A DNA stretch of 63,480 nucleotides, the filler included, from Octopus bimaculoides (Eukaryota): assembly GCF_001194135.2 (NCBI RefSeq). It is 3 parts of 3 records of this genome, joined end to end, with 100 filler letters (N's around TTAATTAATTAA, not from the genome) between each part and the next. Parts side by side here need not be neighbours in the genome. Positions count along the whole stretch, not along the records: positions 44,914 to 63,480 come from NC_068981.1; 2 more parts are not named here. One strand, given 5' to 3'. Of this stretch, positions 63,187 to 63,480 are shown one piece after another. The position numbers were made by a program, and so were the translations under genes. Numbering within the stretch: the first letter of the stretch is position 1; each line of letters opens with the position of its first letter. Under the pieces are notes generated by a model that saw only the letters and a program-made list of their open reading frames with translations, was not told where the DNA came from and ran no database searches.

Positions 63187-63480
63187 GGATACATTAATAT
63201 ATGTGTGTGCGTTTATATATGAATATATAAACATATATATACATGCATACACGCACACATACATACACACACACGCACACACATATACACACAACACAAA
63301 CACAGAGAAAGATTGACAGACAAATAGACAGATCAAGAAGAGCATCAGATATAGACCAAGGGACAGACAGACAGACAGACAGAATAACCCGATGGTAGCA
63401 ACTTAGGCAGCTAGTGAGCGAACAAGTGGGCTAGATAGATAGATAGATAGATAGGTAGATAGATAGATAGATAGATAGAT
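63134..63480. repeat. (GATA)n / (ACAG)n tetranucleotide microsatellite field
   Basis: Direct reading; similar fields at 51528-51677, 56660-56818 and 57190-57375. Confidence 0.9.

Overview
Repeat-rich, AT-rich, gapped draft sequence from an animal genome. The SINE families and microsatellite load resemble an octopus or other coleoid cephalopod; this is recognition, not a search result. There are no prokaryotic features and no CRISPR. Most ORF-track entries are microsatellite or N-gap artefacts. Supported content: (1) a candidate small + strand gene of about 7 short exons over ~57 kb (1922/4212 to 58918), whose splice phases join into one ~155-aa reading frame I cannot assign to a family; (2) decayed non-LTR retrotransposons: a near full-length HERO-type REL element (7130-10375, -) bracketed by a 62-bp diverged direct repeat, the 5' half of an R4/Dong-type element starting at a (TAA)n tract, an L1/Tx1 3' end and a second HERO 3' end; (3) three or four tRNA-headed SINE families, one forming a head-to-tail array at 38.7-42.0 kb; (4) a 5S rRNA-derived segment directly upstream of a SINE head; (5) mariner and pogo-type MITEs, small tandem repeats and degenerate hammerhead-ribozyme cores; (6) five long inverted repeats whose arm mismatches are strongly biased to G.U-compatible pairs on the + strand. 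All coordinates and alignments were read by eye.
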